A stretch of DNA of 52,116 nucleotides from a virus: IMG/VR virus record IMGVR_UViG_3300006141_000023; one strand, given 5' to 3'. Positions 8,835-17,372 of this stretch are shown here, in pieces; within the stretch, counting starts at the first letter, position 1; every line of letters starts with the position of its first letter. The notes under the pieces were generated by a model. The model did no database searches. It saw nothing but the letters and a program-made list of their open reading frames with translations, and had not been told where the DNA came from. The position numbers were made by a program, and so were the translations under genes.

Positions 8835-8868
8835 CAAAGTTACTTAAAAATGATTGTAATATAATCAC
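8835..8868 (-). promoter_or_regulatory. promoter with TAACTTTG -7 box plus 19-bp palindrome (ParB-methylase / packaging genes)
   Basis: caaagtta at 8835-8842 and ATGATT-GTAATAT-AATCAC at 8850-8868. The ATG is at 8817. Confidence 0.55.
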
Positions 8869-9269
8869 TTTTGGGCGCAATTAGAGGCTTCCTGTGGCTC
8901 TGCCGAGTATCGCATAGTCTCTCGTATCATGTTGAGCGTTGCGTTGCTGCACAGCTCGTCAGGAATGGTGCGCAGAACTCGCCAGCCCATGACGGTGGCG
9001 GTGTTGTACTTCTCCATGTCGTTGAGAAACCCTTTCGGGGACGTGTGCCGTCCGCCTGTCCACACTCCGCCCTCGACTTCGACTGCTATCTTGTGTTCCG
9101 GGATTGCGTAGTCGAACCGCCACTTGCGTGTGGGGTGGAACTTATGCTCTTTAACACACTCGACTTTCAAATCGGAGCGGCAGAGTAGTGTGAAAAAGTC
9201 CGATTTTAGCTGCTGCGGCTTCGCCTGTCGCGTTTTCTTGCGTCTTGTGGGTGTTTGGTCGTTTTTCAT
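8865..9269 (-). CDS. PD-(D/E)XK nuclease, DUF559/Vsr-like
   Basis: WRFDYAIPEHKIAVEVEGGVW...GWRVLR matches the D...EVEG...GW.vlR pattern of this fold. Confidence 0.5.
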   Translation of the reverse strand: MKNDQTPTRRKKTRQAKPQQLKSDFFTLLCRSDLKVECVKEHKFHPTRKWRFDYAIPEHKIAVEVEGGVWTGGRHTSPKGFLNDMEKYNTATVMGWRVLRTIPDELCSNATLNMIRETMRYSAEPQEASNCAQK

Positions 9270-9320
9270 TGTTTCGTTGAAATTTGGGGCATTTCTGTGC
9301 GTCTGTGGGCATACACGACA

Positions 9321-9342
9321 AACGGGGGATTACTCCCCCTGT
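9321..9342 (-). terminator. possible terminator hairpin after the SSB-like gene
   Basis: ggggg(9324-9328)-attact-ccccc(9335-9339). On the minus strand it is followed by gtttgtcgtg, a weak U tract. Confidence 0.3.
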
Positions 9343-9375
9343 ATGCCCGGTTGCCCGGTCTTGGTTGCGTGGTGG

Positions 9376-9747
9376 TCAGAACGGAAGGTCTTCCTCTGCG
9401 CCAACCATATACGGATTGTTGTTGGCGGTCAAGTCCACAGCCGCCTGTGGCTTCTTGGCGAGGACGTGCAGTCCACCTATGATTGGTTGGGCGGCTCGTT
9501 CCTCGTCGGTCATGCGCTCGTATACCTCCCGGTCATGGCTGACCTTGATGCAGTGAGTGTCGCTGTATTGTGGGTTCTGCATCTCAATTGCGGTCATGTT
9601 GAGATAGCAGCCCTTTTCTCCGAGGAACAGACCGCTCTCGTCGATGGGGATGCAAAGACATTGCTTGGTCGTGGTCTTGCCTTTGATGTTGGTTACGAAT
9701 GCCCCCTGCAGTTTCAGAAGGTCTGTCTTGATGCTGTAATTTGCCAT
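9376..9747 (-). CDS. putative non-canonical single-stranded DNA-binding protein
   Basis: 123 aa in the replication region. It ends in ...GAEEDLPF, which resembles the acidic D-D-D-I-P-F tip of bacterial SSBs. Confidence 0.4.
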   Translation of the reverse strand: MANYSIKTDLLKLQGAFVTNIKGKTTTKQCLCIPIDESGLFLGEKGCYLNMTAIEMQNPQYSDTHCIKVSHDREVYERMTDEERAAQPIIGGLHVLAKKPQAAVDLTANNNPYMVGAEEDLPF

Positions 9748-9759
9748 ATCGTTTTGGGT

Positions 9760-9963
9760 TTAGGAGTGTTGGAACATATCGGGGTATTCGAGGTTGAAGC
9801 AATCCCGGAGAACTGTGTGTTTGTATCCGTCCGCCTTAAGGTTGGACAGGGTGTTCTCTATGCGCCGCTCAAGTGCTGCGCCATTCTCTGCATACAGGAC
9901 TCTGCACTCTGTGGAGAATTCGCCCTGTGCGTTCTTTGTCTCGATGATGATTTTAACCGTCAT
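9760..9963 (-). CDS. hypothetical protein (67 aa)
   Basis: Tightly packed ORF in the minus-strand early operon. Confidence 0.5.
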   Translation of the reverse strand: MTVKIIIETKNAQGEFSTECRVLYAENGAALERRIENTLSNLKADGYKHTVLRDCFNLEYPDMFQHS

Positions 9964-9975
9964 TATTGTTGGGGT

Positions 9976-10326
9976 TTATTTATTAAATGGTTTCTTCAAT
10001 AGTGCGTATCCGTTGCCGTACTCCAGCTTCTCGTATCCACGGCTTATGTAGTGGTCGAGCATCCACGTCGGGGTGTCTGCCGCTTCCCATTCGAGGTACA
10101 CCGCGCTGAGTCCGTTGTTACGGGCAATCGTCTCCGCTTTGTTAAGCAGTTCTTTGGCTTTGCCCTCTTTCCGGCAGTAAGGCTGCACCCATAGGTTGTG
10201 GATAAATGCGCCTATGCCGTACTCTCCCTGTGGCTGCGTGTAGATGTCGAGCTGAACACTGCCGCCGTCGGTTATGAGTAGGTAGAGGGTTCTTTTTGAC
10301 CATGTTTGTTTTTGGATTTGTATCAT
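9976..10326 (-). CDS. GNAT-family N-acetyltransferase
   Basis: LWVQPYCRKEGKAKELL (R-x-x-G-x-A acetyl-CoA motif) followed by a YxxxGY-type C-terminus. Confidence 0.6.
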   Translation of the reverse strand: MIQIQKQTWSKRTLYLLITDGGSVQLDIYTQPQGEYGIGAFIHNLWVQPYCRKEGKAKELLNKAETIARNNGLSAVYLEWEAADTPTWMLDHYISRGYEKLEYGNGYALLKKPFNK

Positions 10327-10508
10327 TGATTTTTTGTTTGAATTATTTTTGTTCGGGTCTCCGATTTGCCGCCGAGCCGCTTTCCCTCTACCGTCGAAGC
10401 CCCTTGCGCAACACGTGCTGAAACCTGCCGGGGCAGTGGATATTTACGAGGGGAGGTCAGTTGTTCCATTTGCGGATGTGGCAGTCTCTCTGGCTGAGTG
10501 CGGTCGTA

Positions 10509-10862
10509 CTACTTGCTTGCGGCTGTGTCGGAGGTTACCTTTCTGAGTTGGTCTTTGAGTTGAATTAATTGCAGGAGCAGTTGGGAGATTGCGGATTTTT
10601 GTCTCTTGATTTTGTCCTTGACATCACCGCGCTTCTTGTTGCCGCTGTAATCTGCGATTGAAGCGAGAGCGTTCATATATCGGTCTCGTTCTTCCCGGAG
10701 TTGGTCGTTCTCCGCTTGGAGCTGCGCTATCAGTTCCTTTTGTCTGCGGTCGTATGCGTGGTACTCCTTGACAAATTTGTGGAAAAATGCGCCCGACACC
10801 GTGTCGTGGTATCCGATGTAAGTACCGAGTGTTTCGGATTGTATCTTGCGGTATTCGTTCAT
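10509..10862 (-). CDS. hypothetical coiled-coil protein (117 aa)
   Basis: ORF in operon context with a heptad-like QLQAENDQLREERDRY segment. Confidence 0.5.
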   Translation of the reverse strand: MNEYRKIQSETLGTYIGYHDTVSGAFFHKFVKEYHAYDRRQKELIAQLQAENDQLREERDRYMNALASIADYSGNKKRGDVKDKIKRQKSAISQLLLQLIQLKDQLRKVTSDTAASK

Positions 10863-11062
10863 TTTAGTTTAAATGGATTGAATAAGGGAATTCTCATGGA
10901 CTCTATCCATAGCTTCTTCTTGTAGTCCTCTATCTGTTCCTCTGTTAGCTGTAATGGGGGAACGTCTAAAATAAGACCTATTGTGATACGCTCTCGGTCT
11001 TTCTGCGCTTGGGCTTCGCGAGCCATCCGCAGGAATTCGTCTATAATTGGGAATTTGCTCAT
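10859..11062 (-). CDS. hypothetical protein (67 aa)
   Basis: 4-nt overlap coupling with both neighbouring genes. Confidence 0.5.
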   Translation of the reverse strand: MSKFPIIDEFLRMAREAQAQKDRERITIGLILDVPPLQLTEEQIEDYKKKLWIESMRIPLFNPFKLK

Positions 11063-11424
11063 AAGTCGAAAAGGGAGGGGCTTGGGTTGGGTTTATAGTG
11101 AAGGTCTCGAAGTTCGCCTTTTACAATCATCAATTCGATGTTGTAGACGACATGGGTGCATTGGAACTTTCCGCGTTCATCGGCTTTGTAGAAGTCCACG
11201 ACAAGTCTCTCGTCGGGACAGACTCCTCTCCGTGGGGCTTCTTCCCGGACGCGTCCTATGTAGCGTTGCTCGTTAATCCATCCGAATAGCCGCTTTAGCG
11301 TTTTTGCGCTAAATGGGTTGTTTTTCGGCTTTAAATACGTCACCCATATGGTATCGCCGGGACGGAGCGTTACGGTTCTGTGTGGGTAATGCTCGAATTT
11401 AATCATGCTTTTTGTCTCTTTCAT
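11059..11424 (-). CDS. hypothetical protein (121 aa)
   Basis: Overlap-coupled ORF. Confidence 0.5.
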   Translation of the reverse strand: MKETKSMIKFEHYPHRTVTLRPGDTIWVTYLKPKNNPFSAKTLKRLFGWINEQRYIGRVREEAPRRGVCPDERLVVDFYKADERGKFQCTHVVYNIELMIVKGELRDLHYKPNPSPSLFDL

Positions 11425-11990
11425 TTTCCCTCGATCATCTTGTGGTAGTGGTTGTCGTTGAGTGTGCCCATCATCGCCACGACCGCTTGAAGTCTGCGGA
11501 GGTCGATTGGTTGGCTGCTCAGTTCTTCTTCAGCATCCTCCGGGTCGTTGCTGCGGTCTCTGAAGATGCGATGCTTCTGAACGTAGGCTTCGAAGACGAG
11601 CTGCTGTGTCTGCTCGATGTCTTTCTTGAGGTTGTTCTTGTGCCAAAAGAAAAGGTTAGAAATTTCTGCAAACTGGTAAGCGGTCAGTTCCACTCCTCTG
11701 ATGATGCTGCTTGTCTCCCGGATATACCGCAGTTGGCGATTCCCGGTTACGTTTGCGTAGCATTGCATGAAAAGACTGAGCCAAATCTTTCCCTTGCCAA
11801 TCTCGAAGCGGTAGCGGTTCTTCTTCTCTTGGTCGAGAACGTCTTCAAGGCTTACTCCATATTGCTCACACAACTTGTCGAGTAATTTCTTGGCTGCTTC
11901 CGCTTCGCCTTTATACCCTTGTTCTGCGAGGGCTTGCAGTTTTCGGAGCTTGCTTTTGATGCTCTCGAATGATTGTTTGTCTTTGTTCAT
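11421..11990 (-). CDS. DUF2786-like protein
   Basis: N-terminal KLRKLQALAEQGYKGEAEAAKKLLDKLCEQYG resembles the DUF2786 helix pair common in phage replication modules. Confidence 0.45.
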   Translation of the reverse strand: MNKDKQSFESIKSKLRKLQALAEQGYKGEAEAAKKLLDKLCEQYGVSLEDVLDQEKKNRYRFEIGKGKIWLSLFMQCYANVTGNRQLRYIRETSSIIRGVELTAYQFAEISNLFFWHKNNLKKDIEQTQQLVFEAYVQKHRIFRDRSNDPEDAEEELSSQPIDLRRLQAVVAMMGTLNDNHYHKMIEGK

Positions 11991-12277
11991 TTCTCCCGGT
12001 TATTTATCTTTCGTTTGGTGTCTCTGATGATTTCTCCGAGCGTAGCGGATTCGCCGTATCCGAGCCTGTCGCTCATGATAATGGCAGCGTACTGGGTTAT
12101 CTTGTGGTTGCTCTCCCGGATTGCTTTCTTCCACCCTTTGCGCTCTCTGATGAAGCGTGTGGAGAGGTGGTATCCGAGAAATGCGCTGCCGTAGATGATT
12201 GCGACTGCAAATGCCAACATTGCGAGGGTCAGCAGTCCGAAAAGAACCCAGCCGCAGATTGTGATCGTTGTCTCCAT
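11987..12277 (-). CDS. small membrane protein (96 aa)
   Basis: One long hydrophobic segment: ICGWVLFGLLTLAMLAFAVAIIYGSAFLGY. Confidence 0.5.
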   Translation of the reverse strand: METTITICGWVLFGLLTLAMLAFAVAIIYGSAFLGYHLSTRFIRERKGWKKAIRESNHKITQYAAIIMSDRLGYGESATLGEIIRDTKRKINNREK

Positions 12278-12288
12278 GTTGTCTCGTG

Positions 12289-12549
12289 TTAAAAATCAAA
12301 ATTGAGGGTATACTGTATTGCTTTCTTTCGTGGGTCGTTGAGGATTTTGTCCACGCTCTTGGCATGAATGGGACATTCTCCTGTGTAGGGACATTGCCCG
12401 GCTGCTGCTTGGAGGTGCGCTCCGTGCCACCGCTCCCATTCTTTCTCTCCGTCTCTCGTGAGAAAGGTTATCAGCTTCATGCAACCGAAGCCGCGCTCAT
12501 TCTGCTTTGTGTCGTGAAGCTCGACGATGCCTGTTTCCTGTGGTCTCAT
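12289..12549 (-). CDS. hypothetical protein (86 aa)
   Basis: ORF in operon context. Confidence 0.45.
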   Translation of the reverse strand: MRPQETGIVELHDTKQNERGFGCMKLITFLTRDGEKEWERWHGAHLQAAAGQCPYTGECPIHAKSVDKILNDPRKKAIQYTLNFDF

Positions 12550-12815
12550 TATTTACCCCTCCCGATAAATGCGAGGCGTAGCACGTCGAATGTCCGCCCA
12601 ATGATGGCAAATTCAAACATAGCCCCTGTGTCGGCTACGTCATTTACTTGTAGGACTGGATATGGAGAATGCATTGTGTTGATTCTCCAATAATCCACTA
12701 TTGCGTCTTCATCGACCGTCTTGAAAAAGTGGTCGAGACTTTCGATAAGGCATTTCACATAGTCGGGACTATATGCTTCCGCTATCTTGTCTTGGTTTCG
12801 TAGTGCGTATCTCAT
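12549..12815 (-). CDS. hypothetical protein (88 aa)
   Basis: ORF in operon context. Confidence 0.45.
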   Translation of the reverse strand: MRYALRNQDKIAEAYSPDYVKCLIESLDHFFKTVDEDAIVDYWRINTMHSPYPVLQVNDVADTGAMFEFAIIGRTFDVLRLAFIGRGK

Positions 12816-12833
12816 CGCTTGCTGTATTTTGTG

Positions 12834-14690
12834 TTAAAATGGTGCTTCCTCATCTGTCGGGCGCAGCCAATCGTCAAAGTCAAAATGAGCCGCTTCCGCT
12901 GCGTCCTGTGCGCGTCTGCGCTCCTCCTCGACAAGATGGTTGGTGTTATCCCATTGAGGCTCCTGTTCGGGATAATAGGGGGTATAGCGTCCGTTGTTGA
13001 GGTTGTATTTCATGAGTGCCGTTCCCGGCTCTCCGAGGTGTCTGAACTTAACCTTTTCGATGCGTATCTCCACCGTGTTGTTCACGCGGTCGCGGTGTAC
13101 GACAATACCGAAATCCGCCTTATTGAAAAAGTGCGCCGAGCCGCTGATGTCGTAGAGTGTCGGAGGGTCTATCTTTCCGTCTTTGTTCTTGGCTGGCTTC
13201 GTGGGGTGCGCCATCAGAATGATGAGAATGTCGTGCTGCTGTGCAAAGTTGGTCAGTCGGTCAAGCAGTTGGCTGATGTAGTCGGTCTCTTTCATGCCGC
13301 TCTTTTCGTCTTCGAGGCGGTTGTATGGGTCAATGACAAGAGCCTTGATGCCTTTGCGCCGGACGAGGTACTTGGCTTTTTCGAGGATTGTGTCCACCTT
13401 GTAGTCGCTCGGTGCGATGAAGAAGAAGTTCTGTTCGAGGTGTTCCTTGACTTGCTTGTACTCCCCGAATGTGAGGTGCTTTTGGTCGAAGTGCTTTCCT
13501 GTAAACTTTTCGATCAGCTTACTTGCGTGGTATGCGAGGGGGGCGTTCTCCGGACTAAAATATGCGAAACGCCAGCCGTACCTCATGTTGAGCCGCTCTG
13601 CCATCTCGTCGATGAATTCTGACTTGCCGCTTCCGGGGTAGCCTGTTACCATGCAGAGACGCTTGGTCTCAAAGCTGATTAAGCGGTCGACGTTCTCATG
13701 TCCCATGACCACTCCTTTCTGCAATCCGAATTCAAAGATTGCGTCGAGGCTCTGTTCAAAGTCCGAGACCGTGAATACCCCCTCGACCTTGATTTCCGGG
13801 GCTTGTGCTATGCAGCGCAGGAGGCTCTCCCTGCCGTGTGCCATGAGGTGTTCGTTGGCATCCTTGCAGTCCTCTCCGAAATCAAGCACCCGGCATCGGT
13901 CAGCTCCGAAGCGTCGTATAAGCTCGTCTCGGAGCATGACACCTTTCGCGTCTGTATCAACCGCGATGTAGATTGTCTCTTTGTCCTCGAAATAGTCCTC
14001 TATGAAATCGTCGAGGTAGTCAAGGTTTGCATTTGCTCCGTTGGGAACGCTGACTACGTCGTGCCGTCCGACTTCGTAGAAGCTCAAGGCATCCATTTCG
14101 CCCTCGACGATGATGCACTCTTTCTTTCCCTTTATTGCGTCGATGTTGTAGGGTATCAGTTCTGCGCCGGAGCAAAGTTTGAAGCACTTGTCGCCTGTCC
14201 TGTATTTCGTGTTGATGAGCTGTCCGTCCCGGTAGTAGTTGAACTGAACCGTATTGATTTTGCCGTTCTTCTGCGGCATCCATTCTTCGCCCTCTGTTAC
14301 CTTGAGGGCTTCGAGAGTCGCTTGGCTGATGCCCCTGCTTGCGAACCATGCGAGTGCGCGTTCCTCCATCGGTGCGTGTGGCTTCGGGGTGGGTCGCTTG
14401 TATTCCGGCTTCTGCTTGCGGATTTGGGCGGGTCTGAACCACGGCTGTCTCTCCATCCACTGCTGCTTCTCGCTTTCCGTGGGAACGGCTGCGCATCCGC
14501 TGAAACCGCAGTAATGACACTTGAACATACCTGTGCGCATATTGACCGAGAGGCTCTTGTCTCGCTTGTCTCTGCGTTGGTCGTGGCATTGGGGACAGTA
14601 TGTCTTGGCATTTGTAGCGTGGCTGTTCAGTCGGCTCACGTCGATGCCGTATTTTTCAAAGTCGAAGTTGTTCATATCGTTTTCTCCCAT
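12834..14690 (-). CDS. bifunctional primase-helicase (T7 gp4/Twinkle-like: zinc finger + TOPRIM + RecA-type helicase)
   Basis: Zinc finger CPQCHD...CHYCGFSG, TOPRIM IIVEGEMDALS, Walker A TGYPGSGKSEF, Walker B ALVIDPYN. Confidence 0.85.
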   Translation of the reverse strand: MGENDMNNFDFEKYGIDVSRLNSHATNAKTYCPQCHDQRRDKRDKSLSVNMRTGMFKCHYCGFSGCAAVPTESEKQQWMERQPWFRPAQIRKQKPEYKRPTPKPHAPMEERALAWFASRGISQATLEALKVTEGEEWMPQKNGKINTVQFNYYRDGQLINTKYRTGDKCFKLCSGAELIPYNIDAIKGKKECIIVEGEMDALSFYEVGRHDVVSVPNGANANLDYLDDFIEDYFEDKETIYIAVDTDAKGVMLRDELIRRFGADRCRVLDFGEDCKDANEHLMAHGRESLLRCIAQAPEIKVEGVFTVSDFEQSLDAIFEFGLQKGVVMGHENVDRLISFETKRLCMVTGYPGSGKSEFIDEMAERLNMRYGWRFAYFSPENAPLAYHASKLIEKFTGKHFDQKHLTFGEYKQVKEHLEQNFFFIAPSDYKVDTILEKAKYLVRRKGIKALVIDPYNRLEDEKSGMKETDYISQLLDRLTNFAQQHDILIILMAHPTKPAKNKDGKIDPPTLYDISGSAHFFNKADFGIVVHRDRVNNTVEIRIEKVKFRHLGEPGTALMKYNLNNGRYTPYYPEQEPQWDNTNHLVEEERRRAQDAAEAAHFDFDDWLRPTDEEAPF

Positions 14691-15592
14691 TGATTCGTTG
14701 TCTCACTCCAATAGTGGGCTTCTGATGGTCTTGGGGGTGCTTGCGGCGGCACAGGCTGTCCGCTCGTGCCGTAGGTGCGTATTCCTTTGCTGTTGATGAA
14801 TTCGCCGACACCGAGGCTCTGTGTGCCTTGTACGGGGGGCTGCGCCCTGTCTCTCGATGCCCATGTTCGAACGGTCGCTCTCCAGTCTTTCATGGGGTTG
14901 CGTCCTACGCGCCAGCCGTTGGAGGTGTAGTAATCCACAAAATGTTCCGGGTCGATGTTGTAACCCTTTTCTTGGGCGTAAGCTCTGACCTCATCAACCG
15001 TGGGGGCGGAAAAACGTGAGGCGGTTTTCTTTTCCCCTTTAGGGGATTTTTCTTTTTGTTGCTTTACTCTGCTATACTCTACGTTACTCTGCTCTACTAT
15101 AGGGTTATCTTCGGTTATCTCTTGGGTTATGTTTGGGTTATCTTCCATAACCGGTTCGGTTGTCCGATAGTATGGATTTGGCTGTCCTTTCTTGAAGTTC
15201 GGGTTACCGCCCTTGCGTCCGTTTCTCCGGGCTGCTTCGGCTCTCCTCTGACGCACCTCAAGCATCCGCACAAAGCGTCTCTTGTGTGCTGCGCTGAATA
15301 TCTTTCCATCTTCGTGCTGAAGGAGTCCGATTTTCACGCTGTAGTCGATTATCTCCCTTAGTTCTGCGACAGGCACGTCGAAATCTGAGGCGAGCAGCTC
15401 TTGACTGACCTCGTTGTAGTCAAATTCAAAATTTGTGCAATCCGTGAGGTATTCAAGCATGAAGCACCACACGGCATATCCTGTGTGGCTGAATTTACGA
15501 CGCAGGGCTTTGACCTTGATGTCGTTCCTCATGTCTATGTCGTGGCTGAAGTAGTCTGCTCCGCCGTTGTCGTTATTCTTTTGTCGTGCCAT
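14672..15592 (-). CDS. replication initiator/organizer (DUF4373-like N-terminus, DnaD-like phage C-terminus)
   Basis: N-terminal YFSHDIDMRNDIKVKALRRKF...AVWCFMLEYL and C-terminal VDEVRAYAQEKGYNIDPEHFVDYYTSNGW. Iterons lie inside the linker coding region. Confidence 0.65.
   Translation of the reverse strand: MARQKNNDNGGADYFSHDIDMRNDIKVKALRRKFSHTGYAVWCFMLEYLTDCTNFEFDYNEVSQELLASDFDVPVAELREIIDYSVKIGLLQHEDGKIFSAAHKRRFVRMLEVRQRRAEAARRNGRKGGNPNFKKGQPNPYYRTTEPVMEDNPNITQEITEDNPIVEQSNVEYSRVKQQKEKSPKGEKKTASRFSAPTVDEVRAYAQEKGYNIDPEHFVDYYTSNGWRVGRNPMKDWRATVRTWASRDRAQPPVQGTQSLGVGEFINSKGIRTYGTSGQPVPPQAPPRPSEAHYWSETTNQWEKTI
15065..15153. repeat. iteron cluster I (candidate replication origin inside the initiator gene)
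   Basis: TACTCT occurs three times at 10-bp spacing (15065, 15075, 15085), plus a TCTACT variant at 15094. GGTTAT occurs four times at 15103, 15113, 15125 and 15136 (10-12 bp spacing), with an inverted ATAACC at 15148. Confidence 0.6.
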
Positions 15593-15606
15593 GTCGTGGG
15601 TCGGTC

Positions 15607-16983
15607 TTATAGTGTCGCAACAATGGATTTACGCAGCCGCTCGTTCCGGCTGTTCCATTCGAAGGTTCGTATCATCCATTGCTTGTAATCTGATGGAATG
15701 TCCTTAATTCTTTCCCCTTTGTATTTGCCAAAGGGCATTATTTCGATTGGTGGTTCTTGTTTCGTATCGATTGCCGTCGTGTCCTCTCTTGTGTACTTGC
15801 CGATTTGGTCGATGGGTATGCCGGAGAGAAGCACTCCTCCTGTGCCGAAAAGCCGCCACATCTTGCCCTGCTCGAATACCAAGTCTTCAATTCTGCCGAA
15901 CCGCTTCACGTTCCCTCCGAGGTCAACGATGAGTGCGTCTTCCTTGTCGGGGTCTATTCGTGTGGCGCGTCCGAGGATTTGGTAATAAAGGGCTATTGAG
16001 GCGGTGCTGATACCGAGGACGATGCAGTCTATCTTGGTGTAGTCAAATCCTGTAGAAAGCACCCGGACATTGAACAGCACCCGGAGTCTCCCTGCCCGGA
16101 AGTCTGCGATGTTCTGTTCTCGCTGTGCTTTGTCCATGTCTCCGTAGATGACCGCTGAATGTGGATAATGCTCGGAGAGGGCTATTGCGTCCGCTACGCT
16201 TGGCGCAAAGGCGAGGATATGCTTTCGGTCGGGATTGCTGTCAAGGGCGCGTATGATTGCGTCTGTGCCGCCGTTTGCGTCGTATGCTCGCTGTACGCTG
16301 TCCTCGGTATATTCGCTCTTGCTGCTGTTGAATACGAGGAGGCTGTCATCGAACCCCTCGGTCTGGTATCGCAGCTTGCACCAAAATCCGAGGCGCACCA
16401 TTTCCTGCACCTGTCCTACATGGATTATCTCTTTGAAGAAGTTCCCTTTCTTACTCCGGCTCGTCAGCATGACAAGTTTGGAGTATGTACCTCCGTCTCT
16501 GTCACGATTCGTCTGCAATTTGACCGGGGTTGCGGTTATGCCGAGGACGTGCGTAATTCCGCTCTCTTGGAGGAAACGTCCGAGCATTGAGTCTGCTTCT
16601 CTTGGATAAAGGTGCGCTTCGTCTATGAGCATCTTCGTGAAGCCGTGTCTCTTGAATTCCGCACCGAGGTTTTTGATTGAGCCGATGGTCGCGTATGTAA
16701 TCTGTGCCATCTCTCGTTTCCCGAAGCTCGCGCTGTAAATCCCGGCATTGCTCCCGAAGCCACCGCAGAGGGTATCGTACTTTCGGAAGTTCTGCTCAAG
16801 CAATTCTTTTGATGGCTGGAGGACGATGAGCTTGTCGGTCGTGTTCTTTGCCACAAAAGCCGTGAGGATTGACTTGCCCCATGCCGTCGGCAGGACTATG
16901 AGGCTCGGCTTCGGTTTCTTCTCTTGGAAGAAAGCGATTGCTTTGCGTATTGGTTCTTCTTGGTTTTCCCGGAGTGTAATCAT
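15607..16983 (-). CDS. SF2 DEAD/DEAH-box helicase
   Basis: LPTAWGKS (motif I), LIDEAHL (DEAH), GITATP (motif III) and a C-terminal MPFGKYKGERIKDIP tail. The start is set at ATG 16983 (MITLRENQ). Confidence 0.75.
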   Translation of the reverse strand: MITLRENQEEPIRKAIAFFQEKKPKPSLIVLPTAWGKSILTAFVAKNTTDKLIVLQPSKELLEQNFRKYDTLCGGFGSNAGIYSASFGKREMAQITYATIGSIKNLGAEFKRHGFTKMLIDEAHLYPREADSMLGRFLQESGITHVLGITATPVKLQTNRDRDGGTYSKLVMLTSRSKKGNFFKEIIHVGQVQEMVRLGFWCKLRYQTEGFDDSLLVFNSSKSEYTEDSVQRAYDANGGTDAIIRALDSNPDRKHILAFAPSVADAIALSEHYPHSAVIYGDMDKAQREQNIADFRAGRLRVLFNVRVLSTGFDYTKIDCIVLGISTASIALYYQILGRATRIDPDKEDALIVDLGGNVKRFGRIEDLVFEQGKMWRLFGTGGVLLSGIPIDQIGKYTREDTTAIDTKQEPPIEIMPFGKYKGERIKDIPSDYKQWMIRTFEWNSRNERLRKSIVATL

Positions 16984-17139
16984 TTCGTAAAAAAGTAATG
17001 CTCCGCAGGTAGGGCTAACCACGCACTACAGCCGCGTCGGGAGTCCTTTCGGTCTTCCCACCCATGTGCGGAGCAAATATTTTCATTCTTTTTCATGTCG
17101 TCGTTTCGGTTATCGCAACCATGTATGATTGGGAGGTAA

Positions 17140-17346
17140 TCACTTTTGTGGTTGCTTTTGCTTCTTGTCGAGCTTTGATTCCACCGGGAGCGTCTGCTTG
17201 CGCTCCAGCTTCTTTGCAAGGTTAAGTGCCATTCTACGGGCGTTAAACTGCGTTGTGGTGCGCATTCCACGTTCTTGGAGCATAGAAGCGTATGCTCTGA
17301 TGAATTCGACCGCTTTGTCCCGGTCTGCGTTGGAAATGCCAATCAT
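17140..17346 (-). CDS. hypothetical protein (68 aa)
   Basis: ORF in operon context. Confidence 0.45.
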   Translation of the reverse strand: MIGISNADRDKAVEFIRAYASMLQERGMRTTTQFNARRMALNLAKKLERKQTLPVESKLDKKQKQPQK

Positions 17347-17372
17347 AACCCTATCTGTATATCTCGGTTTTG

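Noticed and set aside
15065-15153. Iteron clusters (also 50974..51104) as CRISPR arrays
   Set aside because: The repeat words are only 6-9 bp at 10-12 bp spacing, with no spacers of CRISPR size and no cas genes.
17023-17139. Intergenic region with the 8-bp inverted repeat GCTCCGCA...TGCGGAGC and a TTTCGGTC word, as a further copy of the conserved leader
   Set aside because: Only short words are shared, in a different order and orientation from copies a-d. Similarity is not above what chance would give in GC-rich DNA.
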